Assembly: GCA_040357565.1 (NCBI GenBank)
Contig: JBDODJ010000016.1
Strand: one strand, 5' to 3'
Source of the DNA: Cercozoa sp. M6MM
Taxonomy: Eukaryota; Protista; Endomyxa: Ascetosporea
DNA length: 64,000 nucleotides
This document shows positions 1 through 16,228 of this stretch, one piece after another (the first letter of the stretch is position 1; each line of letters opens with the position of its first letter). Made by a program: the position numbers and the translations under genes. The notes beneath the pieces were generated by a model that was given only the letters and a program-made list of their open reading frames with translations, ran no database searches and was not told the origin of the DNA.

Positions 1-1680
1 ACAGCTCGTCGCTTTCGCGTGCTGTCCGCACACCCACACATGCATGCATGCATGTCACTGACCCCTCTATTACCCCCTGCCCCCCATACCCAGGTGAGGC
101 GAGGCGCGCATCTGGCGCCACTCGGCGTCGTGGCACAGCAGCAGCGACAGCGTGCGGAACAAGTGCGTCAGCGTGCCACACAGTGCCTGTTCCGACGTCA
201 CCTTGGACCGACTGTCCTGACACTGAGTGCACACATACATATACCCCGTGTATACCTGGACGTACATTTGGGCGTACAATAGGACAGCATGGTACCTGGG
301 CAGGATCGTAGCCATAGCCGGCACAGCAGTCGGAGTCGACGGTGTCAGCAGTCTTGGCGGCAGGAGTGTCGACTTGCTCTGGCACAAAGGCCGCCTGCAG
401 CGATGGGTGCAGGTACCGCGCTGGCGTGCCTTGGCACAGACACACGTCGACGTCGGCCACCGTGCTGCGTAGGTTGTCTGCAAGCGGTAAACAGATAGGA
501 GTAGGGAGGTAGGCAGAAAGGGATAGGGAGATAGGTAGGCAGGGAGGGAGGTAGGCAGGAAGGTAGGCAGGAAGGTAGGCAGGAAGGTAGGTACGCAGGG
601 AGGTAGGTAGGTAGGTAGGAAAGTAGGTAGGTAGGGAGGTAGGGAGGGAGGGAGGGAGGTAGGTAGGTAGGGAGGTAGGTAGGGTAGTACCTGGACGAAA
701 GGAAGCACGCGCGGTGCGGCATCGCTGCACGGCCACACGTCGTAGCAGTTGCTGCGTCGTCACGTTCACGTACTGCGCCAGCACACGCACTGCGCCGCCT
801 GACAGCAAAGGGTTGTAGGGGTAGCACAGGTTCCAGGGGGTAACATGGGCTGACAAGAGGTACCAGCCAGCACGGCGCGATTCGGAGCAAAGTGCGCCAG
901 CAGCGTCACAATGCGCAGCGGCACCCAGATGCGTCCCTGTTCGGCTGCCTCGGTGGGCGAGGCACTCTCAAGGGCGCCTCCAATGTACCGTTCCACCAGT
1001 GCCTCCAGGATCTGTCGCGGTGTGTGTGCACACTGCCGAAACGGGTAAGGACGTGGATAGGGCATACGGCATAAAGCTTGAATATGAAGCACGGAACAAA
1101 GAGTACCTGGAGACGTTGTGCTTGTGCTGTTGCACGTGATTCGCCCAGTTGCAGGTGTGTCTACGACACAGGGCAACACACTCGGAACAAGCACACACAG
1201 GAGAACAAAGCAGTACCTCAACAATGTGCTGTCGCAGCAGTCGCTCGAACTTGTGCCACGCAGCGTCGGTGCCGTGGGGAGCTTGCTGTGCCTAAGTGTG
1301 CACGCAGTAACTGCATTTAAATCGTGCAAGCGAACATGCAAAATACCTCCTGCCAGGCCTGCGTCAGTGCCGGCGTCAACACAAAGTTGCCGTTCAGCTG
1401 GATCGTTCTAGCACGCGGCAGCGCCTCCTGCGTGCAGACACACAAGTCCTTTGTGTTGCATACGAGTGAAATGTGCGTTAATGTGAATCTACCTCGTCGA
1501 TGAGAGCGCCGTACAACACAGACCATCTCTGATTGTCCTCCTGCATATGCAAAGTGATATCTAGGGCTCCAAGACAGCGGCAGAGGCAGAGACACAGGAA
1601 ACCTCTTTCTTAGTTGAGGCGGGTGTCTCTTCTTCCGCCTTTCGTGAGCTCGGCCAGCGCAGGCGCTGGAAGAAACTCAT
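1..1680 (-). CDS. Hypothetical multi-exon protein, 5' part only (runs off the left edge)
   Basis: ATG at 1680 (MSFFQRLRWPSSRKAEEETPASTKKE|gt), then a chain of phase-compatible GT-AG exons (EDNQRWSVLYGALIDE; EALPRARTIQLNGNFVLTPALTQAWQE; ILEALVERYIGGALES...LLAHFAPNRAVLA). Helical, Leu/Ala-rich; no family recognised. Confidence 0.6.
499..685. repeat. Intronic degenerate tetranucleotide microsatellite (AGGT/AGGG/AGGC)n
   Basis: Directly visible; lies between a GT donor (~689) and an AG acceptor (~478) of the minus-strand gene. Confidence 0.9.
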
Positions 1681-2001
1681 GCCTCCACGCTGCCGCTCGG
1701 CCACACTGGGACGAAAACTACAACTGCAATCAACAAAACTCCCTGTGTTTTCGTTCCAAGTCGTGCGGCCCACCCCTCACACTGTGCTATTAGCACACGT
1801 GTGCAGCCTTTTCTTTACTGTGCTCACTACTAACCCGCCCCCTTAATATAAAGTAGTAAAAATGAAATTCGATCTTCTGCCGGCACTCTGACTGGAAGTA
1901 GGGAGGGAAGTTCTAATGTCGACGGCAACTCAGGCTGGAGGGATGATGTAAGTCCGTAAAACTACTCTAGATACTTCAGTTTTACTGGCCGGGAACTCAA
2001 T

Positions 2002-6433
<4,432 letters not shown>

Positions 6434-7516
6434 GCTGCACAGACGCCGAAATACAAAGACACCCAACGATATGTCAGAAACCGGATGAACATCGTACCCC
6501 AAAAATAAATTATTCAAGTGTGCTCAGAGTGCAGCACAGACGGGCAAGACCCTGAGCTCGTGCCGAGACGTTCCCGAGCGTCCACACACCTGAGGGCCTC
6601 AGTGACACACCTGTAACAACCGGCCAGAGACAGTGAGTCGGGTGGTCCGTTCTTTTTCACTGCTTTGATCGGTTATGACTTCCGAACTTTTTTGAGGCGT
6701 GGGTGGAGCTTTTTGAGCGCCCATGTGATTTTTACTTTGGGCCCGCGTGCATCATTCGCCTGAAGCAGTTTAGGCACAACTGTATAAGCTAAACGAAATA
6801 CAGATAACTCTGGTGGCAAGCAACGACTTCCATGGTGCTGCCCGTGACAGCGATCGATGTCGCGCGACATCACGTGCGGTGCTGAGACCGGTCACTGCCA
6901 CGGTGCCGCATGTGCGAACGTCTGCAACCAGATAACGTGGTGTGTTTGCCGATCATATTTGTGGACGAGTGCAGCCTCGGCGGTGCGCCAGAAAAATTGA
7001 AGAAAACTAAGTTTACTTCAATCCGGTCAAGCTGAGACTGCGTCGCGTTGTTGCACAATGAATGATGTCGCAAACCACGCGACAGCTAGCAGGGACAAAC
7101 GAATTAAAGTGTCTGGCAACCTTTCTTTACATGATTTTCGTTGTAGCATCTGTTCCCAAGCGAAACCACATCCCAGGTGTCCACTGCCACACTCCGCCTC
7201 CATGGTCTAATAAATAAGGCACTCTCGCGAGAGCACTCCGATTCGTCAAACGCGCCATGAACCTGCGGTGTAGGTTCTTGCACCTAACTCATATCGTGTT
7301 GGATATTTCCTCGGCGGTCTAAGGTTGTCGGTTTGCACCTCACCCCACATTAGCATTACGAGGATGACAATTTGCTTGTGTCCGTGTTCTTGATACACTT
7401 TAATGAAAATGGTTCTGAGCTGCTCTTGTGCGTTGCGTACATTTCGTGTGCCTTGCCTGTGTGCATGACTGCTCGCTGCCATGCCAGTTTGATTCCGCAT
7501 TTAATTCCCGAGCTCT

Positions 7517-7940
7517 CTAACTAGAAGCCGTTGGGGCGTACTGAGGATTGAACGGAGGCGGCTGGTACATTCCCTGTGGTTTCGGCTGCTGATGCTGCTG
7601 CACAATCTGCTGCGGGTATTGCGTCTGGAATGGCGTGAGTTGCTGGACTTGCAACCTGTGCACAGAATGTTGACACGATGTTTCCCCTCCCTTAGGATCA
7701 AAGCTACCGCAAATGTTGGAGTTGCGATTCCTGATGCGCCATGTGTTGCTCTTGCTGCCGCACTTGCTGTTGTAACCGATCACGCTCTTGTCGCAGATTT
7801 TGCAGCTCGCGGTTGTTTCGATGCCGTCCAAATACTGACAACAACTTCAGTTTTGCCCCCCTTACCTTTAATTTCAACGTACCGCAAACGACCGACACAA
7901 CAATGATAGTGGCCATGACGAAAAACCCACCGAAAAATCT
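7517..7940 (-). CDS. Small hypothetical protein: TM helix, coiled coil, Gln/Pro-rich tail (5' end unresolved, probably upstream toward ~8240)
   Basis: Phase-compatible exons FFGGFFVMATIIVVSVVC | VFGRHRNNRELQNLRQERDRLQQQVRQQEQHMAHQESQLQHLR | LQVQQLTPFQTQYPQQ...MYQPPPFNPQYAPTASS*, with GT-AG introns. Confidence 0.5.
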
Positions 7941-8313
7941 GCCTCATAACATATCTTTAATGTCTCGAAAAACTCAAAACGATCGCTTGCACAAAAGGAA
8001 TTTACACTGCTAGAAACGCCGACATGTGCAAAGTTAGAACGCCCGCAGGTGCCCACGCTCAAAAATCTATACGTAGAGTGCGATTGCAACAATGCCGAAA
8101 ACGCCTGGCTACAGTAGCGAATCCCCTTAAAAGATAAGATACTACGATTTGCACATTCACCGACAGCCGACACTGAGCAGTAGCCCGTCAAGTGGTACAG
8201 TACACTCACTGTACTTGTACAGTGCAGGAATAATAACAAATTCGATACTGCAAAGAGTACCTACTTTTGATACCCTCTGGTCTTTGGAGCGAGGTCCGGA
8301 GGTGACACGTTCG

Positions 8314-10014
8314 ATGGGTGTTTGCGCTTCGCAAACTGCATTCAAAGAGAACAACGTACAGTAGGTTTGTTGCTTGTGCCCCTGACCGTGGTCAGCCTTT
8401 GATCTGCGCACAAAAAACACTGACAGGGTTTGGTGTGGTATAGCGTGAGGTAGCGGCCACGCGCACCGAGAAGCTACTGCTTCTTGGCACGAGTAATTTA
8501 CACCACTGCTTCCTCGACTTGTCCTCACAACAGTGCACTTATTTCGTTCTACCCCTGGTGGCAGGTGAATCAGGCAAGTCGACACTGTTGAAGCAGATGA
8601 TTTCCCTGTACGGCGAGGGTTTCTCCGATGAGGATCGCAGACAGTACGTGCATGTCATCTACGGCAACGCTATCGAGGTGCACCTCACCGTGGCAACTGC
8701 GCTGTGTTGATACAAGATAAGAACTTGGTCTGAGAAGAGCATGCTTGAGCTGCTGGCGCAGACCAAAAAGCTGCGCGATGAGTTGGGTATGTAATGCACA
8801 ACAAATATCGTGTGCCCCTCATTACCGTTATGTGTGCTGCCGGAATAGAACCTCAGGGCGAGAGCACAGTGGTGTCAGAGGCCAAGGCAACATTGCAAAA
8901 CGTTATCGCAGCCACCACCGCACAAGCTTTTGCCGACATTGATCAATCCGAGAAGGAAGCTGTATGAACATCATGCACCCTTTTGTGCTTGGGCGGAGTT
9001 GCACTTTGTCGATCCTTGCTGCCTTCAGGTAGCCAAAGCAATCCGCATACTCTGGGGTGACGAGGGCGTGCAAACGGTGTACGAGCACCGCAGTGAGTTT
9101 CAGCTGGTGGACTCGGCCAAGTACTACTTCGAGAACATGGATCGCATCGTGCAGCCCACCTATGTGCCCACCATGCAGGTAGTTCTACTGAACATTTTTG
9201 ACCCGCGTATCTATATCGAACTGCAGGATGTTCAGCGTGCGCGCACGCGTACGACAGGCTTTGGGGAAACACGGATGCACGCGAACAACACCGATTTCGT
9301 TTTGATCGACGTCGGCGGTCTGCGCAGCGAACGCAAGCGGTTTCCTTTCCATAATTCCACTTCACCTGTTGTATCTGGTTACTTTATCTTGCATGACAGT
9401 GGATCCACTGCTTTCAGAATGTTGCGACTGTGATTTTTGTGGCTGCTATCAGCGAGTATGACCAAATGCTGTTCGAGGATGAGAAAGCCAACAGACTACA
9501 TGAGGTAGTGGCTGTTTCGTCCCTCGAAGCATCTGCTCTATATGCAGCAGGCGTTGCATGTTTTCGACGAGGTCAGCAACTCGCGTTGGTTTCGCAACGC
9601 CACGTTGGTTCTGTTCCTCAACAAGCGCGACTTGTTCGAGGAGAAGATCAAGAGGATACCGCTCACGGTGTGCTTTCCCGAGTTCCCTGGTACGAATACG
9701 CCGACCATTTTTCTTTGTTTGTAAAGTATGCCACTTTCAGTTGTGTAACGGTATAAATGTATCCAGGACCACAACTTGAGTACAATCCGGCAGTGCAGTA
9801 CATACAGCAGCGATTTGAAGCACTGCACCAGGACAAGGTGTTGCTCATTTGTAGATTACGTTAGATTAAACCTTTCCTGAACTATTTGGTGTAGAGCAAG
9901 GCCATTTACACGCACGTAATGTGCGCGCTCGACACCGCCGATGCAGACTTGGCTCGGACATACCGTGCTTTTCTACCGGCATACCGCGAACTCTCCACTT
10001 GCCCGCTGCTCTAG
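8314..10014 (+). CDS. Heterotrimeric G-protein alpha subunit, atypical (predicted GTPase-deficient)
   Basis: MGVCAS N-terminus (myristoyl/palmitoyl-type); KLLLLG(TS)[11 protein letters not shown]; [28 protein letters not shown]; switch I RARTRTTG; [16 protein letters not shown]; [24 protein letters not shown]; [13 protein letters not shown]; [11 protein letters not shown]; 25-residue tail ending LSTCPLL* at 10014. Confidence 0.95.
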
Positions 10015-10176
10015 CTGGACGGTTCCGTCACGCTTAGTTGGGCGCCGCGTTTGGCTGAACTTACGTTAGTAGATCGTTCAGTGTTACAGACTGACTCACG
10101 TCAGAAACCCACGTTTCAATTTCTCAGCCTTAGGTTTTTCCGTTCATTTGGGGTTCGGTTGCTTATCATTACGCTG

Positions 10177-10293
10177 TAAGTACGGTTGACTATCGTTAAG
10201 CCCTTCTAAGTACGGTTGACTATCGTTAGGCCCTTCTAAGTACGGTTGACTATCGTTACGTCCTTCTAAGTACGGTTGACTATCGTTACGCCC
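10177..10293 (+). repeat. 30-bp tandem minisatellite, about 4 copies (TAAGTACGGTTGACTATCGTTANGYCCTTC)
   Basis: Units start at 10177, 10207, 10237 and 10267; head-to-tail with no spacers. Confidence 0.95.
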
Positions 10294-10894
10294 ACGTATG
10301 TTAATGTGAGATTGTCAATTTTAGTGAAGGCAACGATTAAGTAAGAATGTAAGGTCGTTTAATTTAGTGTTCGTTCGACGTCTCAAAAACCGAAAGATAA
10401 CCGAAGAGAGAAGGTTACCCCAAGGTAGGGCCGTCGTTACAGTTTAAAGTGTTGAGAGGCTTGTTCGTTGATAAACAAACGAAAACCCTCTTGCCTGCTC
10501 AAGATAGAGCAAGTCAGTTGCTTTGGTCACAGCAGCACCACAGGCGCATGGCTGGACCAACAGTACGGTCTTTTCGCGCCATGTACCCTCGTTCTATGAG
10601 GTAGCCAAGTGCGAGCTTGCCGAGCACACGTATGCTTGTGTCTTCCTGGAGCTTGCGTGTCGGTACCTGTGTGTCAACAAGCACGGTATCATTTGAGGTA
10701 CCTGGTATTGGAAAGAGGGCCTTTTTCCCTTCTTGCAGCAGTTTCGAGCTGCCACCAAACACAAGGTATGCCAAGCTAGGCAGCACTCAATTGCTAGGTT
10801 ACCAGCTCTCAACCTTAGCAAAACACTTCAATTCTAATTTGGCATGACTGATAGTTGTTCCACGCGGAGCGGGCGGTCAGCCGAGTAGGTTGTT

Positions 10895-11323
10895 TGTTAC
10901 GAAACGGTATTTTCCATCCGGCCGCCAGTCAGATCTGTCTGAGTTCTGGTGTTCCGCGCGGAAGAAAGCTATTCATTAAGCACTTTGAGAAGTGTGGTGT
11001 ATTGTGTTTGTCTGACTGAGCCCGAAAGAGCAAGACTTTGCTCCTTTCCTGAAAAGGCTCTCTACTCACCAGCACAGAGAGCCTTTCTTTTTCTCCTTAC
11101 GTCCCTCCTTCTCCTTCCTTCCTTCTTCTGACTGCCGGGCCTCTCTTCCTTCCCGACCAGCTACTTCCTGTACTTTGCCGACCCTATCTTGGGGTAACTA
11201 CATCACTACATCTACTGACTCAATTCTTCTCCGCATCGATTCCATTTGTTTCTTTAGCCTTTTTCCTGGCATAGTCCTCTTTTGCACTCCCAAAGCCTCA
11301 ATTTCTGAAAGGCTGCGGTAACA
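10895..11323 (-). mobile_element. Solo LTR family B, copy 1 (429 bp), nested in element A
   Basis: TGTTAC...GTAACA termini; 4-bp target-site duplication TGTT (10891-10894 / 11324-11327); reverse-complement homolog of 19767-20309; the empty site is preserved in A copy 2 (~19006-19022). Confidence 0.9.
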
Positions 11324-11353
11324 TGTTTGATGTTGATAGCTATGCTAGTCGGT

Positions 11354-13892
11354 TTAGCTATCGTACTCCTCGTCGCTTTTCTCGTCATGCTCATCGACGA
11401 CCTGAGCTTCGGCACGTTGCGCCTTCTCCTGAATTACCTCGCGCGTCATTGCGGCCTAGCAACACAAGACAACAAAAAGACAGTACACGGAGAGTGCACA
11501 AAAAACCACACACAAACTGTCACAAAAACGCGAGGCACCTTGAGATGTGCGTGCACGTGCTCGTATACAACGAGAGCATCCTCGTGTCGCTGTTTCTGCA
11601 CGAGCATATCACCGAGTCCTTCGCTCAGAGTGAGCGAGCCCTTCTCGCTGCAAGAACATGTCGTAACTAGGGCATGGCAACACACGCCGGTACTGCACAC
11701 AGAAAGCGTACTGGGCGGCGTCGTAGAGTGGAACGTCGTCCGTACTGTACACGAGAGTGAGACGGCTGCACGGCACAGGAGTAACAGAGAATAGAACACG
11801 TGACAATGCTCTTTTAGAGCTCAGTACCTTTCAGTGGCGGTAAGGACATCTGCATCAGCGGTGAGGTACACGATGTAGGGTCCACACAGCTTGAACTGGT
11901 CCAGGAGCTGGGCCACCTGTCTCAGAAAGTAACAATGAGCACGACACCACAACGTCACTCAAAGGGATGCGGTTACAGCATCGCGCGCAGCCACATGCGT
12001 CGGGTCGTGCACATTGTCGAACACGCTGAGCACCTCGGACGGCAGCTGAGCCAAGAAAGAGCCGGCGTGCCGGTTGAACTCAGCCTCGTCTTCCGTCTGC
12101 ACAGTGCACACAGTGCACACACGGCGAACAACGTTGTAAACAGCACACAATGTATAGTACGTGTTGCGAAGCGAGACCAAGTTGCGTGCAAAGACGCATC
12201 AGACGAGAGAACGTGTCGGACACCTGCAAACAAAACCAGTAGATTCGAAACGACATAACGGTCGGAAAGTACATGCTGCTGTTCAAGCGCAAAGTCGCGG
12301 TCGATCTTGCGAACCTCGTCAACCATGGCCTCAATATCGTTCAGCGTTGTCACTGCGCAGAGTCACAAGGTACACACATTGTATTTTTTCGACGATAAGG
12401 CATCGTACCATCCGGACGCTCAACAACGAGTTCATTCAGCACCAAAGAGTGAGCCTACACATCTCAGATGGAACAGAAACAAACCCAGTGCAGTATTGCT
12501 GTACTTGCGAGGTGCGGCATAAATGTCGCAGCATCACGCGCAACAGACTGACTCCCACTTGCGACAGTGAGCTGCAAACCCAGTCATGGAATGCTCTTCC
12601 GAAACACACCGAAAAAAGAAAAGGCACACGCCACGCACGTCCAGGTGCGCAATCTCGCCTTCCTCCGTCCTTCAATTTGCGCATATAAGCTAAAGCAAAA
12701 AGATGACGCATATGAGTACAGTTGCACGTCCATGTGTCTCGCCATGATGCACAACTACAATGCCTCAAGAGAGGGCGTACACTGACATTGCACAAAAACA
12801 AGAACACAACAACCAACCGATCCGAGAGCAAATGTCTGCGCCGATGCCGTCGGGCGCAGCTGGAGTGGCGGCGTGCGCACCCTAAATCAGACAGTGGTAC
12901 CATGCTACACAACATAAGAGCCGAGTACGTCTGGACGCCGGCATCTTCGTCCGCGCGGAAGCCCAGAATAAACGCCGACGGCGCGTTACGCACTTCCTCT
13001 TGGTCTGAGGTGAAGACCATCAAGAGATGCAATGTTTTAGAAATACGTGTAGTGTACCATCAGCACGGAGAGCAACAGTCACCGCGCTAACCCCTGCAGT
13101 CCAATCGATGTGCACACTCATCGGTATGCGTAGAGTTAGGACGCAACGGTACAGGAAAGAGGGGCACGCAGGCTGAGTCGAAGCGGGCCAAAGCGTTGCT
13201 GGCCACCCTCTAAACACAGTGAAGTCCAGTCAAGCTCCTGCGACATCCCTGAAGGAACTGCCTTACCCTCCGACTCGGTGGCCGCGCAGCGCCAGAAACG
13301 ACGCGTGTCTGGCGACCGCAGCGCTTGGTGCAACACTTCGTCCGACTCGTTTTCACTGTGCACACGCATGCAAGCGTAAGACTCGGTGTGTACCACCACA
13401 GAACACTTATACAAGAAGACGGCGTCGGCAAGTGACGCAGTCCCGCGCTCGTTCAGTCGCTTGGCGTCGGCGTATACTCGCATAGCCTCGCCGGGCTGTG
13501 TGTTTTAACGACTCAACGGTCCAACAACGATACAAAAAGAATGGAACCGCGGTACCGTGCAAATGAGTGACTCGTGCTGAAGGGCTTCAAGCGGAATCAC
13601 AAAGGCACAGTTCTGTCCAAAAGATCGCAAATATGGGCACACCGGACGCAGAGTGAGATCGTCAATCTACGCTCGTGAACTGCGCATGCAGACGCCGCAG
13701 CCACAGAGAGGCGTCCAAAGCGGCCACGCACAGAGGACGGCACGTCTGGGCCGCGTGCGCGATCGACTCTATCAGAAGAAAGAACAGGCGCAGTAAAGAT
13801 CACACGTGCTGTTCAAGTACTCTACCATCGTCGCAAAGCAGCAACACGCGCTCCAGCAGCGCTGGCGTCTCAAGAACCGTGCGCAGCGCCAT
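11354..13892 (-). CDS. F-box domain protein with uncharacterised C-terminal region
   Basis: First two exons splice to MALRTVLETPALLERVLLLCDDESIAHAAQTCRPLCVAALDASLWLRRLHAQF, matching the F-box pattern (P..L..V...D..S....A..C..........LW). Many further GT-AG exons, ending ...DEKSDEEYDS* at 11354. Confidence 0.7.
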
Positions 13893-14210
13893 CTTTGAGC
13901 TCTAATCACTGACCACGGCAGCCTGCAGCCTGCAAATATTGAAACAGTTTTTGTTCTTCTGTAGCCAATACTGCTGTGACAAACTTTCCAGCGCAAAATA
14001 CACTTTGCATGTAGCTGTGGTTGTGGTCGAGCTTAGAAAAAGTAAGGAGTTGTTGCCTGCCTGCACCAGAACCACTTTGATGCGGCGTGAGTGCGGGCGG
14101 TAGACACGGCCATGCTCTTGTGACCCACCCCAGGCTGGTGCAGGGGAACTACATAGTTGGTTTCCAAGACTCAACTAACTAACGAGTGCAGCCGTTCAAA
14201 TCGAAGTCAC

Positions 14211-15217
14211 CTAAATTCCGTAGGCACCGCCATGCTCGTCGCCAAAGGCACCGCCGAACTCAGACTCGGCAGGAGGCTGCGTCTGCTGTTGATCCTCTTG
14301 CGGCACTGACGGCGCCTCCCTACACAGACGGGAAGAAAAATACGTCTACCATGTGCGCAATATAGAAGTGAGAGGTTCGCTGAGGTACGGGGCAGGCTGC
14401 ACAACATCAATTTCGCCAAACGAATTGGCCGCGTCGTTCTGGCCGAAAGCGTCGCTGTAGGCAGCGCCCGAGTCTTCGCCATAGGCGGCCTCACCATAGG
14501 CACCTTGCACGTCACTCGCGTCCAAGTCGCCCACGCTAAACGGGCTATCCTGCTGGTCGAAGGCGTTATCCTGTGATAGACAAAAATATAGCGACATTGC
14601 ACGTGCACAGAAAGCAGCTGCCGTACCGACGCGAGCGGCTTTGCGTTCTGCTGGCCGAAAGACGACTTTCTCTCCTGTGTTGGTACAGACATGAGGATGA
14701 AAAAACGGCACTTTGCCTCACAAAAAAGGTACCAAAGCAGGCGGTGTGTAAGAAGAGCGTGCATCTTCGATGTCACCTGACCCGATGGCGCCTTCCATCC
14801 CAGAGTCCTCGCCGAACACTCCCTCTGTTCAACATGTTCTCAAAATGAGAGCACACAAACAGATACTCTATCTAGGAGCACACACGTATCTACAACAAGC
14901 ATACCTCTGCCATCGACAGAGGCCTTGGGACGGTGCGGCGCGTACAGGAAGGACAACGTCAAAGTCACCAAATAGGCCAGGTAAAACACACTGCCGGCGT
15001 CCAGCAATGTCACCGTTACGAAGTGTCCCTTCTCACACCGCAACGACGCACCTGGCGGTGTGTACTGTCCCAGCAACTTGTCTTTCTTGCAGAACTTGCT
15101 GCCACCTGCAACAACTCTTGCGATGCCCTTTCTTCAAACTTTCAAAAGCACAGCGAATACCATCGACCATGGACGCATCTTGAATCATCAGGTAAAAGTA
15201 GAAGCCCGACAGAGCGA

Positions 15218-15312
<95 letters not shown>

Positions 15313-16012
15313 ATAGNNNNNNNNNNNNNNNNNNNNNNNNNNNNNNNNNNNNNNNNNNNNNNNNNNNNNNNNNNNNNNNNNNNNNNNNNNNNNNNNNNNN
15401 NNNNNNNNNNNNNNNNGGGGGGGGGGTACCGATCGATGCAGCAACAAAACGCAGTGCACTGTCGCTGAAGCCGTTTTGCAGGTAGTCCTCATCGTCACCA
15501 ACGTAGCTGAAAAATATAACGGTGCATCGCGTGTTTATACTAGACAAAGTGAAAGCTACACTCGGAACGGCTTGCGGTAGAACGGACTGTCCTCCTTCGG
15601 CACATTATCACCTGCGGTCACATAAAGAGGCTTAAAAAAAAACAAAATACGACGGACGGATGTTGTACCCGGCAGAATGAGGGAAGAACGAGACGTCTTC
15701 GCTGTAGTTTTTTGCGTGAGCGCAGAGAACACAAGGACCGCCACTTGCAGCAGTATGCTACGCAACTAAATCCTGACAAGGAAGAGGGCAGCAAGGTGGG
15801 TACCCAAGCACGTGAGCCACAGTCACGGTAAATTTGCGCGGACGGCGGAACCACATCCTCCAGCAGCACGACAGAAACTTGCCGCACGGTCCCTTGCCTG
15901 CATGGCACAGAACAAACAACGTCGTACTTTTCACCCACCAACTATTTGCAAATAGACCATTGTTGTCTGCATGAGATCGGCCACTCTGCTCTTCGCTAAA
16001 GCTAGTGCTCAT
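14211..16012 (-). CDS. Hypothetical multi-pass membrane protein with acidic Gly-rich C-terminal tail
   Basis: ATG 16012 (MSTSFSEEQSG...); hydrophobic segments (FTVTVAHVLG/VAVLVFSALT; ALRFVAASI/LSGFYFYLMI; VFYLAYLVTLTLSFLYAP); tail DNAFDQQDSPF...GGAYGI* at 14211. LSFLYAP weakly recalls the last helix of Wntless/TMEM181 proteins (unverified). One intron spans a 100-N gap. Confidence 0.6.
15220..15416. other. (AC)n microsatellite followed by a 100-N assembly gap (15317-15416)
   Basis: Visible directly. Smaller 10-N gaps inside (AC)n runs occur at ~31833, ~44106 and ~49282. Confidence 0.97.
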
Positions 16013-16228
16013 TTTGCCCCACTGCGCAAGAGCACTGAACTATGAGGCTAATCACAGTCCTGCGTCGTTTCAAGGCAGAAGGTGCAGCAGTGCGGTCGCT
16101 AGCTGGAACGCCGGTTGCAGACCGATCAGAAAAATAAATAAGTGTCCAATCACTGCTTAGCGCAGCTTACTGCGATTATTTGGGTGATACCGACGACAGA
16201 CACATTGTGACGCACACTCGCAGCAACA
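16013..16228. promoter_or_regulatory. Probable bidirectional promoter between divergent membrane-protein and DDX49 genes
   Basis: Only about 216 bp separate the two inferred divergent start codons; inferred from gene arrangement only. Confidence 0.5.

Larger units (their letters stand above)
10082..11333. mobile_element. LTR-like element family A, copy 1 (contains a minisatellite, a 143-bp insert and a nested solo LTR B)
   Basis: 10305-10529 and 10673-10894 plus 11324-11333 match the reverse complement of ~19006-19556. TGTTAC at 10082 is the inferred left terminus; the right terminus is eroded. A GGCGCCCAAC tRNA-Lys PBS-like 10-mer lies on the minus strand at 10037-10046 but is too far from the terminus to count as firm evidence. 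No coding remnant seen. Confidence 0.65.

Noticed and set aside
6540-7500. Additional small gene(s) between the cyclase and the TM gene
   Set aside because: Some exon-like pieces on the minus strand, but I could not build a consistent spliced frame or recognise a domain.
9320-9322. CUG codon reassignment explaining DVGG-CTG
   Set aside because: CTG encodes conserved Leu elsewhere (KLLLL in the same gene, HLV and NVALTR in UPF1), so the standard code holds.
9937-10014. G-alpha C-terminus truncated by the adjacent element
   Set aside because: The tail has the canonical 25-residue length after DT and an L..C.L ending; the inferred element terminus lies downstream of the stop.
10177-10293. CRISPR-like array of 30-bp repeats
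   Set aside because: Units are head-to-tail with no unique spacers, no cas genes are present, and the context is eukaryotic.
11354-13100. C9orf72/DENN-like fold behind the F-box
   Set aside because: Only two or three loose motif resemblances by eye; not supportable without a profile search.
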